Assembly (NCBI GenBank): GCA_026026165.1
Contig: JAPEUD010000022.1
Location: 124,001 to 188,000 of the forward strand
Reading direction: 5' to 3'
Length of the DNA: 64,000 nucleotides
Source: Sarea resinae
Lineage: Eukaryota
The notes beneath the pieces are model-generated. The model worked only from the letters and a program-made list of their open reading frames with translations. It was not told the DNA's origin and did not search any database. The first letter of the stretch is position 1, and each line of letters begins with the position of its first letter. Made by a program: the position numbers and the translations under genes. Positions 10,123-23,301 of the stretch are shown here, in pieces.

Positions 10123-11228
10123 ATCCACGATGGTGAGGCAATTTGGTGAAGTTGCTAGTTGGGAACCAAATGTCGTGGGCTGTCGTGGGCCGTCCGGAGA
10201 AATTCCGTCCGCAAGTAGGCATGTTTGTTAGCACTCGACAGAGCTATGACGCTACAACCGACGACCGAGTCAGGCAGTGAGTAGACTCGCCAAACCCACC
10301 ACGACCTCGATGCGTAACACAACTTGCGATGGTGAACATGACGGTGAAGAGAAGGCCGGTCATGCTATTCTATCATATCATGCTGGAGACCAAGACCATC
10401 TCAGTCCATTTACAGCACAGACGAGACGAAGAAGCCAGAAGCAAGAAGATGAATTGGAATCGAAATCGAATTGAATCTAATCATCATTGCAACATCGGCT
10501 TGGTATCTGCACCAACACGTACTCATACAACCAACCCTCTCTATCCTCCTCCCCAGCCCTGAGCCCCCCCGGACAGAAAACCTTGGAATATCGACCTCGG
10601 CGGGAATCAATAAGAAAGAGCCACCCTCAAACGCCGCGCCGCCACCGCCTGCATTCAGCGCTCAACGAAACTTGAAAGGTTCAAATTCAACGACCCAACT
10701 AGAAGGGAATCAATCAATCAAGCCAGTGTTTAAACCACACGACAACGCGCCCGCTATTCTCTCCGCCACGCACGCAACCGAAAAAACAACAACAAACGCT
10801 CAACGCAAAGAAGACGAGTAGAAACTGTAAAGACAGGTGTCGTAAACCAAAAAGAGCAAATCGGGCAGTTTTCTTCGCGATTTTGGCGAGTTTCCCCTTC
10901 TCAGAAAAGAAACGGAAAAGAAGATTGAAGCGACCCCAACAGATGACAGTCTATTCGGCTGCCTCTGCGCGCTTGATAGCATCAACAGAGTATAAGGTAT
11001 ATGATGAGTATGGTGTATGGGGTATCGCGCAACGTGATAGGAAGTCGATCAATCAATCAATCAACGCCCCAGGGGATATCGAAAGGCAAGATAATCAACG
11101 AAAGGAAGAAATATGGCAAGACCCCAGATACTAAAAAGATGCCGTGCCGTCCATTGAAGACGATGAGCAGGAATGGTAATTCATCCCTCTCATCGGTTCG
11201 GTCATGGTTTCTTTCATCGACACCACTC

Positions 11229-12458
11229 TCACTCCTCGGCCGACCCCGTGCCTTGATCTCGCTCGCCCTTGTGCACCTTCTTATGTCGGCGTAAATTAGA
11301 CACGACAGAGAAATGTCGACCACAGCCATCGACGTCACAGGAGAATGCTATTGATTACACTTAGCAAAGAGCTCGTTGGCTCGAAAGGGGTGATGGCAAC
11401 TCACGTTTCTCGCCGGTGTGACTGTACATGTGTGTCTGCAGTGAGCTGGGCCGCGTGAAGCGTTTATCGCAAATCTTGCACTTGTGCTTCTTCTGCGAAC
11501 TCGAGGCCACCTTGGAGCTGAATTGGCTCATCATTGACTGTGGCGCTGGCGGGCCCGAGATGCTGTTGCCCACCAACCCCGACGGCCGAGGTAACGTGCG
11601 CGAGGGCTCGAGGGATTCAGATGTCGAACTGTAATCGGTGACGGACGAGTCGACCGACCCGTAATATGGATACGTGCTCGCAGATGAGATGGATGAGTTG
11701 GACGAATGAGTCGACGGAAACCCATACGAGTCGTGCGAGCCCCTCGTCGAGCGTGGGGCGTAGATGTTTCGCGGCGTGGCATTCTGGCTCATGGCCACCA
11801 TGCCACGGCCGGCGTCGAGAGCGTCGCCAAAGCTTTCGCGTGGAGCTTGCGAAGACGCTGGATGCATGCCTCTGCTGTTGGCAAAGTCAATCAAAGACGT
11901 CCTCCGCTGCCGCTGATCGTCTATCGGGGAGCCTAAAAAGTTACGAGAGGCTACTGACGGTTGCGAGAGCCGTCGCGAGTTGTCCTCCTGTTGTTGCTGC
12001 TGCAACGACAATTGCTGTCGGTTGGGCGCGTATTCCATCGAGCTATACGGGGCGGAAGTCGGAGCGTAGGTGTGGGTGGTTGGGGAGGCGGTCGTTGCGC
12101 TATAGCTGTAGTCGCCGCCATATGATCGAGGAGGGTTCAATAAATCTTGGGAGAGGGTGTGTGAGTCCGACTGTCCGTAGGGCAGATTTGGGAAGCCATT
12201 ACCTGAACCTATTGACGGCGCCGTGACCGGTATCGAGCTGTATGGCATTGACACACTGTTGGCTCTTGCGGCTTGCTGTTTTGCGAGCGCATCGACGCCG
12301 ACATGATTGGTGCCGAGAGAATTGGGGAATAATTGCGTCGAGGGCGTGTTGTTTGTTGATGCCCATGGATTCGTGAATTGAGGTTGGTTCGAATATGGTA
12401 TCTGATCAAATCCTAAAGCGCCCATGGAGCGCTGAGACTGGTCGACCGCCATTGCCAT
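11229..12458 (-). CDS. flbC: C2H2 zinc-finger developmental transcription factor, FlbC orthologue
   Basis: Exons 12458-11405 and 11347-11229 (1173 nt). Two C-terminal fingers [53 protein letters not shown] match the FlbC signature. Start codon choice is uncertain. Confidence 0.9.
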
Positions 12459-13057
12459 TGCCACTGAGGAGAGATATTGCCCAAATCCGATCGAGGTGCT
12501 CTTTGACCGTCACGATGTTGTTTTCTGTCGAGGTCTGTACACGAGTCGGTTCTTGGGGGGAATGTGGTTGGATCAGCGCCCTTGTCGTCAAACGTCGTGC
12601 TCCGTCCGTCAATCGCATCGACCGACGAAGTCCAATCTCTGATGGATGCTTGATGGTGGTGAAGATGAGGAGGAGTTGATGGAAGCCAAGCGACGTCGTC
12701 CAACGTCTGGACGCGGTGTCTTGATCGGAATCGTCGAGCGATCTACACGCACGATCACCGAATAAAAGGACAAGTTGGGGGAGGAGGATGGATACAGTAG
12801 GGATCGATCAATTAAAGGTTCGTCGGTATGATGGGTGTCAGGTCGAGGGACGATCTTCAACGGCCGGGGGAAAGGGTGATACATAAGGTATAACACGATA
12901 ATAATGTCCGTTTCGAAGGGAGCACGGGGCAAGACAACCAGCAGGGTAGCTTGGAGATTATTATGATGGAGATGGCGACGGCGTGCTCGATCCCGGTCAG
13001 CAGTGGTGGGTTGGAGGGTCCAGGATGGGGGGCCATCCAGGAGCTATGAGAGCATCA

Positions 13058-13510
13058 GGGAGGGTTAGGGAGGGCTAGGGAGGGTCAGGGAGTACGTGAT
13101 GGGAGTAGTGGTCGCGGTAGTGTGGATGTGAGAGGAGGGCGGGGGGGGGGGGGGGGGGGGGGGGGGGTGGGAGAAAGTGTTTTCCAGCGAGTGGGAGTGG
13201 GAGTGAGAGTGGGAGTGGAAGTGAGTGTGGGTGTGGGTGTGGGTGTGGGTGGGTAGTGGATATGTGGGTTGGGTATCGAAAAGCTACGATGAAGAGAGGA
13301 GGTTGTCGAGGGAGAGAATGACAGAGTTGGAGCCAGCCAGCGCGAGCGGGTATACAGCATACAGCGATGTGAGAGACGAAATCAGTACCGCGTACTCGTA
13401 GTAGGTGCTCGTAGCATCGAAACTAGACCATGAGTAGCGCCAGAGAGCAGAGCAGAGCAGAGCAGAGCAGAGCAGAGCAGAGTCGAGTCGAGTCGGGTCG
13501 TGTCTCGAGG
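13058..13510. repeat. G-rich repeats upstream of flbC: (AGGGTTAGGG-like)x3, G27, (GTGGGT)n, (CAGAG)n
   Basis: Directly visible; G27 at 13141-13167. Confidence 0.9.
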
Positions 13511-16500
13511 GCACTATGGTATCCTATTCCGTAGTATGTCGACAGGGACCGAGGGAACAGGGACAGGGACCGGCACAGGGACAAGGACAGGCCACCACCG
13601 ACTTACTTCAGTAGATTCGAGTCAGTCCTCGTACCGTGCTGAGAGCGAGCAGAGAGCAGCGCAGTCGGTGCAAGTCAGTGCAGCGTCGTTCCCTCGTCGT
13701 GGACTTGGGGACGACGACGTAAACGGTTGCCCTAGCGGCAGGGAAAGAAGGAAGGCGTTCGGCCCCAGTGGCCCCAGTCAGCCACCAGCCAAGGGGAGAC
13801 CGAGGGACCCTCCAGGGCTGCCCACACTCCTCCTACTACGTACTCCGACCTGCTCCCTGCCCTCACCTATGCAGCTGCGCCCGCACCTGCGCTGCACTGC
13901 GCTGCACCTGCACCTCCATGCTCAATCCTGCACCGAGGTCCCTCCTCACTGCCGTCCAATATCTTCCCAATCGGTTCATCAGTGAGATGCTCTCGCTTCT
14001 GATGAGCTGCCCCGATGAGTACCGTCGCTACGGACTAAGTGAGTGTACTTCGCACAGGAGGGTGTGGGGAAGAAAGAGGCCTTGGGGACCTCGACCCCGA
14101 CGAATGGGAATCGTCGTCGCCATGAGTCCACTACTCCGTACATAGTACGAAGATGAGAAGCCCGACGTCTGTAGTAGAGTAGTCCTCGCGAGGAGGCGGT
14201 ACCATTCCTTTGACTCGCTGGAGCCACCCGAGAAAAGGTCGAGTATCTTCGTACCGACTCCTGCCTCATCGCATCGCACCGTTCCGGATCCCACCGCTAG
14301 GTTGGTACGGTACGCATGGATGTGGACTGGATGGAGATGGAGTCGAGGTCAAGGACTCTGTATTGGATCCCACCGCCATGATCCAGCCGGTTTGATGCAG
14401 CTGCAGCAGCATCATCAGCGTCGCCGTCGTCATCATCGTGAGTGATCCGCGTAGCCTGCCCCCAGCGGAGATCATGTCGAGGGAGACGAGTCGGCGAGGG
14501 AGAGAGGATCTTACTGCACCGACATGGGCGCCAGAGAGAGAGAGAGAGAATAATGACGAGATATCTCTTCCCGATCTGTTCGCACCTTCGCACTGGCCTC
14601 GACATGTCCCCGTCGCGCTCATCTCATCCAGTCCACATGGGGCGTCCAAGAGAAGGCGTGCGTGCGTCCGTCCTCGTCGGCCGTTTGCTCCAATAAGATG
14701 AACACCCAGTGACTTTGGATGAAGCCCCCAAGGGTGGACGGCTCCCTGATGCCCAAAGCGGCTTGGTCGGGGCCTGGGCTATCCACTTTGGGAGCCCCTG
14801 ACAGCAGTGGCGTCGTTCAAAGCAGCAGTGATCCGCTGGCTCGACAGACAGTGCCCCCCGCTAACGTCTACGGCCAAGTACGTACCGGATCATTCCAGGG
14901 CACGGCAGCCGATCGCCCAACCACATCGGCAGGGCATGAATACTGGGCCTTTGCCCGAGTGCCAGCGTCTTTCCATCCAATTCAACCTCAAATTAGTATT
15001 CAATAGTCGTCGCAATTAGATCGCATCGAGGGAGAGTCATCCATGCTGAAATGAAGCAATTGACTCAGTCCTAGCTTCGAAGCTACGCCGTCGTACTTGC
15101 GCCAGATTCCAGGATGCGCATGAATCGGTCGTCCATGTCTCGTTGGTGCTCTCGCACGCTTTCGTGCTGCACCGCGATTCCACGAGACGACAACGTGCTA
15201 GACTGCAGAGATTGGATCCCAATGTGAGCGATATGGCCGTCCATCAGGGTGGCGAAATTAGATCGGGCGACACGTCTGCTCCAGTCCCTAGCGCAATAGT
15301 CACCAACGCAGAGGTGAAGATATCGATCCTGGCGCTGGCGGTCTGCTTACGATTTCGCGCTCCTGCCCGTGCCCTAATTTCTGAAGCCATAGCTACATAG
15401 TACATGGCATGTTCAATTTCAAGACGTATGGATTGAAATTGCATTCATGATAAGCTGTAGTCGCTTCGGAACCGGCCATCGTCACCGATCCCGCGCCAAT
15501 TGCAGAACTCATATTGCTCGAGGAGATGATATCCATTGCCTCCAAATCGAGGCGGCGTAGCAAACCACCACTCGGTGTCGCGACTCGTGTTGTCTGAGGG
15601 CACTGTGTCGAAGGTACTTCGTACATCCACAGACCAAGTCATACCTCTTGGCGACCACCGTACAGAGTAGACGACTGCTCAGTGCCGCGCGAGGATGCGT
15701 CGACCCCCGCAGTATCGCCACCGGCTTCCGGGTAGCACCTCGCCCATCGTAGGGCGTTCGTGCAGGCTGGAGAAGTCCCCGCCACATCGAGCGCCTCTGA
15801 CCTAATTGCTGTCGAGGTGTCGAGGTGTCCGTACTCCGTACATTCTTCAAGCCCTGCACTCGCTACGAGACGTTGAACTATGCAGGCCTCCCCGTCGCTA
15901 GGCAGGGGTCCGTCTGGGCGTTATCTGTACAGGACAGCGCCGGATGGCGTCCTCGTCCTTGGTACGCAGGCTTCCAGCTGCGGACAGCGTGTAAATTGAT
16001 GGTGGAAGCTATTTCGCCGGCTACGACGACGGGCGCGCCCTGGACAGATGCTCAAAACCCGATTGATCGTGTCCTCTCTCACGTCCGTATTCTCTCCCTG
16101 TCCTCTGGCAAAGGTGTAACACAATGACGTGCATTCCATTCGCGAAGGTCTCGAAATCGCAAAACCTATCGAATCACGACCAGCATGCCGATGAATGTCT
16201 TATCGCGCGGTGTTCGGGATCTGCCATCAATCGGCAGGCACAAGACTGCAGCGCCAGCTGCTAATGTGGTGTGGGTGGCTCACTAGCGGGCCCTTGGCTC
16301 GAGAAGCACCCAAGCATGCCCGGGGGCCGTTGGCAGTCCCTCCACAGACAACGTTGATTGCGTCCCACTGGATCCAATCATGGATGGCATGTTGGGTGCG
16401 CATCTCAGTCATGTAAGGGCTGATGTCATTGCGCAGGTAGGGCGAGACAGATCCCGGCCGGGTCGGGTCTTCAGTCAGGTACTTCTCTGGATGTCAAGTA

Positions 16501-19500
16501 AAGTCGGTGACCCCTAAGGTAGGCGTGCTAAGCCTCGAGCGAGTCCAAGTCAAGTCTTACCTGCGCCAGCCGCGGGAAATTCCCAAGTGGAATACCCCGT
16601 ACCCTACGGGAGTGCCATCAGGGCAATTTGGGCCGGTCGCTGTCGTCATACAGACTCTTAATAAGGTTCTGCCTTCCAAGAAGGGGCACACCTGGATCAA
16701 AGTCCACGAGACCTGTTCCCAAACCGTCGCTGCCGTGACAATGACGCCGAAGTGGCCTCAAGGATTCTGTCTGCAGACATCAACCTTCGAGTTTGTCTCG
16801 ACCTCAAACCGCAGACAGAGCCCCGTAGTCAAGGGGGCTTCGATCACCAGTGGCTCCTACAATGGCGAGCCCGAGGTTTCTCACACGTACCGCGCTGCAC
16901 ACTGTGCTCGAGTACGCTAAAGTTCTAAAGTCCCGTACTTGGCATATCTCGGGTGAAGAGAGAGCTTCTTCATTGAGAGCCCTGTCAACATGAGCTTGTG
17001 TCGACTAGAGACAGCTTTCAAACACTCTATTCTGACACCTGCACACGAAGGGCAGAGATGGATGCAGTACAGAGTACATGGGACGAGCAGGATCAAAAAT
17101 GGGAATGACGATATCTATTTGGCCAATCATAGTCATGATCAATATTCCGACAAGCCTGTGAGGAGACCTCCGGAGTCCGCTTTAGATTAGCGGATGCGAA
17201 CCAAACCGAGGCTGCGCGGAACGATCGGCAGTTATTGCCCATTTGTCTCAAACAGGCAACCTGGCTGATCCGAGAGGCACCTTGGACATCCCAGGTTGGC
17301 TGGCGAGAGGAGGGAGGGACCTTGTTCAGATTCGACCCTCCATGAAAAGGCAGAGCGCATATGTCTAGCGCAAGGCTGGCAATCTTGGCGAGCAATCAGA
17401 AAATCTCGCCAAAGAACGGGATGTCTTGGAACGGCTGCCGCCGGGGAGACGCAGATGGACCCTGAAAATCACACCATGTCTGTGCTTTTTGGCCGTCTGC
17501 CTGATCAAATCATCGCCGACCCAGAAACGTCCGGGCCCTCTCTCTTTTGTCATCGCGCTGGCGGCTGCTCTCTCGTCGGTGGCTCCTTTTGTCTCCACAG
17601 CGACCCCGCATTCCCTTTACATCCAACAGATGCTACTAGTCCTCTACTGCGTGGGACGGAGAATTTCCGGAGTCAGCCACTCATATGAGGGCCAGAGGCC
17701 GTATGATGCCCACTCTTGCAGTGGAGTGCCTGTAAGGATACCGTTGTCTTGCCATCCATGGATCTGAACAATCTACTGCCTTGCTGCTGACGCGAGACAA
17801 GACGAGACGAGTCAGCGTACATAGTAGACGGCCGAAATGGCGGTCTGCGACTTTTCGCTCCTTCGCACTCGATTGCCAATAATCCTCCATCCCTGGCTCC
17901 CTCCTACCCTTAAGATTGTTGCTTGATCCGAGCGTCATCGCCAGACAGGGCGAGATGGCGCTAAGCCGCGAGGGTCCAGCCGGTAAGGGAGGAGGAGCTC
18001 AATTGCCGAATGGGACCAGCAGGAGGAGCAGTGGTCTCAAGTTCAGCTCAGCTACTCGAGTAAGCTTGGCGCTCAACTTATCGCAGGTGCGGACCGCCAA
18101 TGAGATGAGGTGTCCTCTCTTCTCTTCGTGACGAAGGCGATTCATGCTGTCTTGTATCATTTCGAAGCGTCGCCCGTAGTCGGCTTTCGCGCAGACAGCC
18201 CGACACCCATTCTGCTCGTCGTCTCAAGAGCGCGCCTCGCACGTCGAAATCAGCTTGAATCAGCTTGGTCCACCGACACCGACAACAGCGGATGGCGGAT
18301 AAGCCGCAGAGATCATCACGGCACAGGGCAGGGCACGGCAGGCAAGAAGTCGCTCCGGATCGCCGGCCAGATTCGCGAGCTCCAAAAGCTTATCTGTGTG
18401 CCACCGACTTTCTTATTTTCTGCCCTTCTGCACGGGCAGTTCTCTGTGGTAGTCAGTCATTAGCACCTCCAGCTCCCTTCGAACAGGTGATTAGCTGCTG
18501 TAGTCAAATGTACGTGCGAATGCAAAGTCAGCACCATCACCCACAGCATGGTGAGGCGGCTTGAGCGACGAGCTGCGATGATTACATAGCCTCTTGCCAG
18601 CCCGTTCCATGCCCATACATACCTACTGCCGCCGAACACACACCCGCCGCATGCACGCCTACTCCGGAGTACACACACACACACACAACCGCACGCGCCG
18701 CCTCCATCCATACTCGAGGGCACCTAAGGTATTCGTACCTACCTACCTACCTACCTTACCCAGCATACCTTGCATATCCTGCATATACAGCCCTGGTCCC
18801 CGCCCTCCCTCTCTCCTCCTCTTCCTCATCCCCTCCTCCCGAGCAGCCTTCACTCTGTGGCTCCGCTCCTGGTCCTGCAGGCACCGCCCGTGCCCCCCGG
18901 TACGAGGGACGGAGTACCGTCCAGCGTGCATCGAACACATCTAGACCCGCTGGTTGGGTAATCGTCCGCCCAGGACCTTCTGGCCGTCGGATGCCCGGAG
19001 TCGTCTCCGAACTGCATACATTGGATCATGGATGTACCCCGTAGCTGATTACGTAGGTAGGTAGGTAATTGGTGAGCAGAGAGGAGCACGCTGGCTGACT
19101 GGCTGATTGTTTTGTCTGTGCCCGAGGTGATCCTGAAGCTGCTTGTGCTTTTGGCTTGCTTGTCTGTCGGTTGTGTGTGAGAGAGGCGCTCGTATACAGA
19201 GATACAGAGAGGTGCGGATCAGATGCATGGATGGATCAATGGATGAACAACGTTCAATCTCTCCCATTTGTACTTTGTAGACAAGAGCGTCTTATGTCGT
19301 GTTATACCTCTCCTTTCTGTTCCTAATCTGTCTGTATGTCCGATCGAGTCATTCGAGGTGAAGTAGGTGAGGTGAGGTAGGTAAGGTAGGTAGGTAGATA
19401 CCTAGGTCAATCAATCACCGTAGGGGGTCCATCAAGTAGGAAGGAAGTTCAAGAGAGATGGATAGGATAGGACAGGACAGGACAGGACAGGACAGGACAC

Positions 19501-20796
19501 AGGATAGTAGATGGCGAGATACGCAGCTCATCATGTCATGTCAAATACTGTCATCTCCACGTCTCTGGTCCAGAGTCAGATAGATAGCTATGGTATGGTA
19601 TATTAGTAGGTATGGCGGCCAAAGAGAACTACCCAAAATCTCGACATATGCTATCGATCAGCCCATCGTCCTCGCGCCAGACGGGAGGGAGCCTCTCGAA
19701 AGTCGGGCCGTCATGGTATTTGATAGGGACTCTCTCCTCTCTCCTCTCTCCTCGCGCGGCCTCCAACCTCCAGCCTCGAAACCTAGACGAGACGAGACCA
19801 GACCAGACGGGATAGGAGCCGTGAATCCCACCTTCCCTACGTACCTCCCTACGTTAGTACTCCTATCACCTTTCCCGAGAAGAAAAAGGGGGGCCCGAGA
19901 GACGTGGGTATGTTCGACTATGACAGTAAACTCGTGGGCCAAGATGAATAAGGTAGGGCAAGATAGGTAGTCTCGAGGCTTGAAGATGGATGCATGCTGG
20001 GTGGGTACGTGGACAATGGACGGGTACGGTTGCTGAACTGAATCATTCATGGGCATGGGCATGGGCATGGGCATTGGCATTGTCTGGGGGGACGCTGTGC
20101 GAACGCTGTGCCCCTGAGCTGAGCTGATATGATCTGCCCTTCTCATATCTACGGAATTTTTGATTAGAAGGGCATCCTTCTGGGTGCTATTACTGTGTGA
20201 GAGGCTGAATGTGGGTTTGGTTTGGTTTGGCTTGAGTTGAGTCCGGAGACTAGGACGGCTGGAACTGAGTGGCTGGCAGGGAAACAAAGCTCTGAAGAAT
20301 GGATGGAAGAGCTTTTGTGGCGAAGAGCGTGGAGACGGATAGATTCATGCGTCGAGGATCGGCTTCTTGACGAGCTGGGTAACAAACAATATGGATGGCA
20401 GACGAAGGCGAAGAACGAGCGAGACAAGGGCAGGACACGTGAGCACTTGAATTGAAATGGAGGAAGATGGCGCAGAAGTTTGCAGTTTATCAAATGAAGC
20501 AGTCGCGGTCGCCATCACTAAAACCAGAATAACCCAATTCGCTCCGTGATCATGAAACGTTGCATACGAGGAGCAAGAATGAGAAGAAAGCCAAATTCGT
20601 TAAGCGTTTTGTTCTTCCAATCCAAAGCTCAAATAGGTATTTTCTATCATCGCCGACCCTGATAATGCTGGGAAGACTAGAAAGCCCGGGGAAGAGTCGT
20701 TGACGTTACGAAAGAAATCCCCTGATTTAGACCGTACTCCCTGAACACCGCCCAGCAATCTACTCCAAGAGTAGGAGAAATTTGCGAGGCACAGAT

Positions 20797-22306
20797 CTAT
20801 TTGATGCGGTCCAGCCTGGCACGGTTCATGGCGATTTGATCGTCGACGCGATCGCTCTGCAGGGACAAAAATTAGCCAACATTCCTCAAGTGTTTGACCC
20901 CTCCTACGCTGTCTAAGGACCGGAAGAGTAAGATCAGCAGTGCGGCGTACCTTGCCAGTGATCCGACTGATATGCACGTTCTGCTCGTCGACTTCCTTGT
21001 TGATAGCCTTGGCCACGTAGTTCATCCCATTGACAGACTTGCCCAACATATCAAGGTTACGTTCAATCTCTTCCTCCTTTTCGTCATCACTGCTATCGGC
21101 CTCGAACTGATATTTGGATCGCTCCGCCAGTGTAGCCTTGCCTTTGTTCTTTTGGTATCCCGGCTCTCCCGGCCTTAATTCTCGAGCAAACTGCTCTTGA
21201 CGCATCTTGCTCTCAAAAGCAGCGGCGCGAGTGTTGTCACGCACTTCACGTTCGTTGCGATGCTTGTTGATGATATCTTCATCGCGTTGTCGACGTCGTG
21301 AGGAGCCAGTGAACGGATTGTTGACATGCACTGCAAACATGCTCTTGTTCAACGTCTTGAGCTCTCTCGCTTTTGCCTCGGCGATACGATTCTGGTTGGC
21401 AGCCAGGTCCAGGTTTCTCTCCGTGTTGTGAATCCGCTCGCCTTGCGCACCTAGTCGCTGCAGGGTGTTGCGACCAGTCTCTTCCGCTTGAGCTGCGATG
21501 CGAAGGGCGTTGCGAGTTGATGAAACGTCCTCTTGTTTCATGAAGCGAATCTGTTGCTTGGTGGCTTGCACGTCTTCTTCCTCTTCCTCCTCCGCCGTAA
21601 GTTGGCGATCGCCGTAAGCACTGTACCCTTGATTTTGTCCGCCAGAAGTTCCCGAAGGGGCATCATAGCCGTTACCGGCCTCATAGCCACCGTCCGGTTG
21701 GCCATTTTCTGGGGGCTGTTGGTTTCGTTGCTGTTGTTGCTGTTGCCGCTCCCGTGCTCCTCCGAAAAGAGCTTCTCGATTGTCTTCCGTAGTCGTCGTA
21801 TCGTAGCTATTTGATCGGCCGAGACCACCATAGCCTCCTGGGCCATACCTAGATGCACTGGCTGCTGACGGGTCTAGGTTGTTCGCCGGGCTGCCATATC
21901 GATCATCTCCGTAACCATTGCTCCCATATCCACCTCGACTTGGACCGTAACCTCCCTTCTCGTTGGGAATCGGACCACCCTGCATATCTGCTGAGCCTTC
22001 TTGGTATGGCGGAGGAGCAGCAGCGTATGGTCCAGGCGACCGACCAGAACCAGCACTTGGTTGGCTCATCCCACCATAGCTGTTCGACGGTCTGGGCGCT
22101 GGCCTAGCATATGGATCCGGAGAGGCAGAATTGGAGGGCTGAGCATAAGGATTTGAGGATTTTGGAGCAGTAGATGACGGTTGAGCATAGGGGTTCGACG
22201 ATTTCGGACCCGGGGATGTGGATTTGGAGCGAGAGCCAAAGAGAGCCAGGCGGTTCGTATCCTCGCCGGCGTCCGAGCCTTTCTTGCTGAAGCCAAACTT
22301 CTTCAT
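20797..22306 (-). CDS. SEC9: Plasma-membrane t-SNARE Sec9 (SNAP-25-like)
   Basis: Exons 22306-20951 and 20856-20797 (471 aa). Two SNARE motifs (QEDVSSTRNALRIAAQAEETGRNTLQRLGAQGERI; EIERNLD...EVDEQN...SDRVDDQIAMNRARLDRIK) and linker KSMFAVH...KYQFE. Confidence 0.95.
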
Positions 22307-23301
22307 GGCGAGAGTGGATGATGGTGCTCGCTAGAAAAGGGATCAAGATCTGATTGACATCAAATGAAGTGATGTCTGAAAGGGTGAGGAACGGATGGAG
22401 GTGACGATGAAGTCAAACATGTGTTGCCTGAGGGGCTGATTGATACCGAGTACATGCTCCTGCCCTCTCGCTCTATCTGACTCTCCGCGGACGACTAGCG
22501 GCTCGCTTAATCTGATCTGCCACAGCCACTTTGCCCCTGACCACAATCAGGTTAGACGCTCGCTCCTTGATTCATTTGCTCCGGAGTGTACTCTAGCACC
22601 CATGGTCCAGCTGCCCAGCTGCCCAAGAATTCCGATTAATATTCAGAAACACCAGAACATCAGTACCTTAGACAGTATCGTAAGGGATGAGACAGTAGTC
22701 CACCGAGATTTACGATATATACTAATCTGACGTACCTAATCTCCTAAAGTACCAAAGATATTTATGATAAATCCCGTTTTACTCTTAATTGATATGAAAA
22801 CCACTACACGCAGAGGTTTAGGAATGACTGGAATCTTTTATCCAGACTCATAGATATGATGAATGAAATTGCTACTAGCGAGTGTACCAGCAGCTTCGAA
22901 TATTGCACTTACGTGACACTCCAACGCCGTACAAGTTACCAGACATCGAGAAGAAAATATGAAGACAGTACTTGATTTGTCTCTTTTAGATTATCCAGCC
23001 TGGCCTCTCATTCTCGCAGACCTTCACTCTTCCGTTCACTATCAATACACAGTTAAAATCGCAGAGGCCACAAACACGCAATTGGAGAGAGATGATGAGA
23101 TAAGTGAGAAAGACGAAGCCGACAAAGCCATAATTATCAGGTTTTCAACAGAGACTCGGCGTGACCTGCTGTGATATGTTGAGCCTTGCGGCTGGACTGG
23201 CACGACCCCGTCGATGCCCCGCCGATGTTTGTCGTGGCCAGACAAGCTAACATCTAGGCTTTTGACTTAAGCTAACTTGAGATTAAGCTTTTCCGACTTC
23301 A

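Noticed and set aside
14000..20500. Numerous 60-200 aa ORFs upstream of flbC
   Set aside because: Mostly non-ATG starts or SSR-derived, with no recognisable domains or coding bias.
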